Assembly: GCF_021028975.2 (NCBI RefSeq)
Contig: NC_059433.1
Span: forward strand, 52,204,001 to 52,268,000
Direction: 5' to 3'
From: Sphaerodactylus townsendi
Lineage: Eukaryota
Length of the DNA: 64,000 nt
Of this stretch, positions 63,896 through 64,000 are shown piece after piece; the stretch's first letter is position 1; each line of letters starts with the position of its first letter. A model generated the notes under the pieces. That model was not told the DNA's origin. It worked only from the letters and a program-made list of their open reading frames with translations, and searched no databases. Position numbers and translations under genes: made by a program.

Positions 63896-64000
63896 TATTA
63901 GTGAACTCCATTCTGGATGGAGATAGAGGTTTTCTAGTCTAATCTATCTAGCTGAATGGTAAGGGATGCTAACTACATAGGGTGTGTGGGTGGTGGAGAG

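Overview
Vertebrate nuclear DNA from a squamate reptile, probably a gecko (inferred from Squam3-like, 5S/Sauria-type SINE, SPIN and Penelope content). It carries the conserved block PRKDC (minus strand, coding exons 1-10, running off the left edge) <- bidirectional CpG promoter -> MCM4 (plus strand, 16 coding exons, 863 aa), then two identical convergent tRNA-Ala(AGC) genes plus a decayed third copy, then UBE2V2 (plus strand, 4 exons; most of exon 4 lies in a 132-N gap). At the right end are the first two coding exons of a divergent CLC-family chloride channel/antiporter that matches neither CLCN6 nor CLCN7 in sequence or locus. This is the most interesting element: a candidate extra vertebrate CLC paralogue with an acidic dileucine lysosomal-type sorting motif. 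The rest is intronic/intergenic DNA with SINEs, hAT/Harbinger/Tc2 MITEs (including a SPIN element), Penelope remnants and a higher-order minisatellite. All identifications come from manual translation and recalled sequences; no searches were run.
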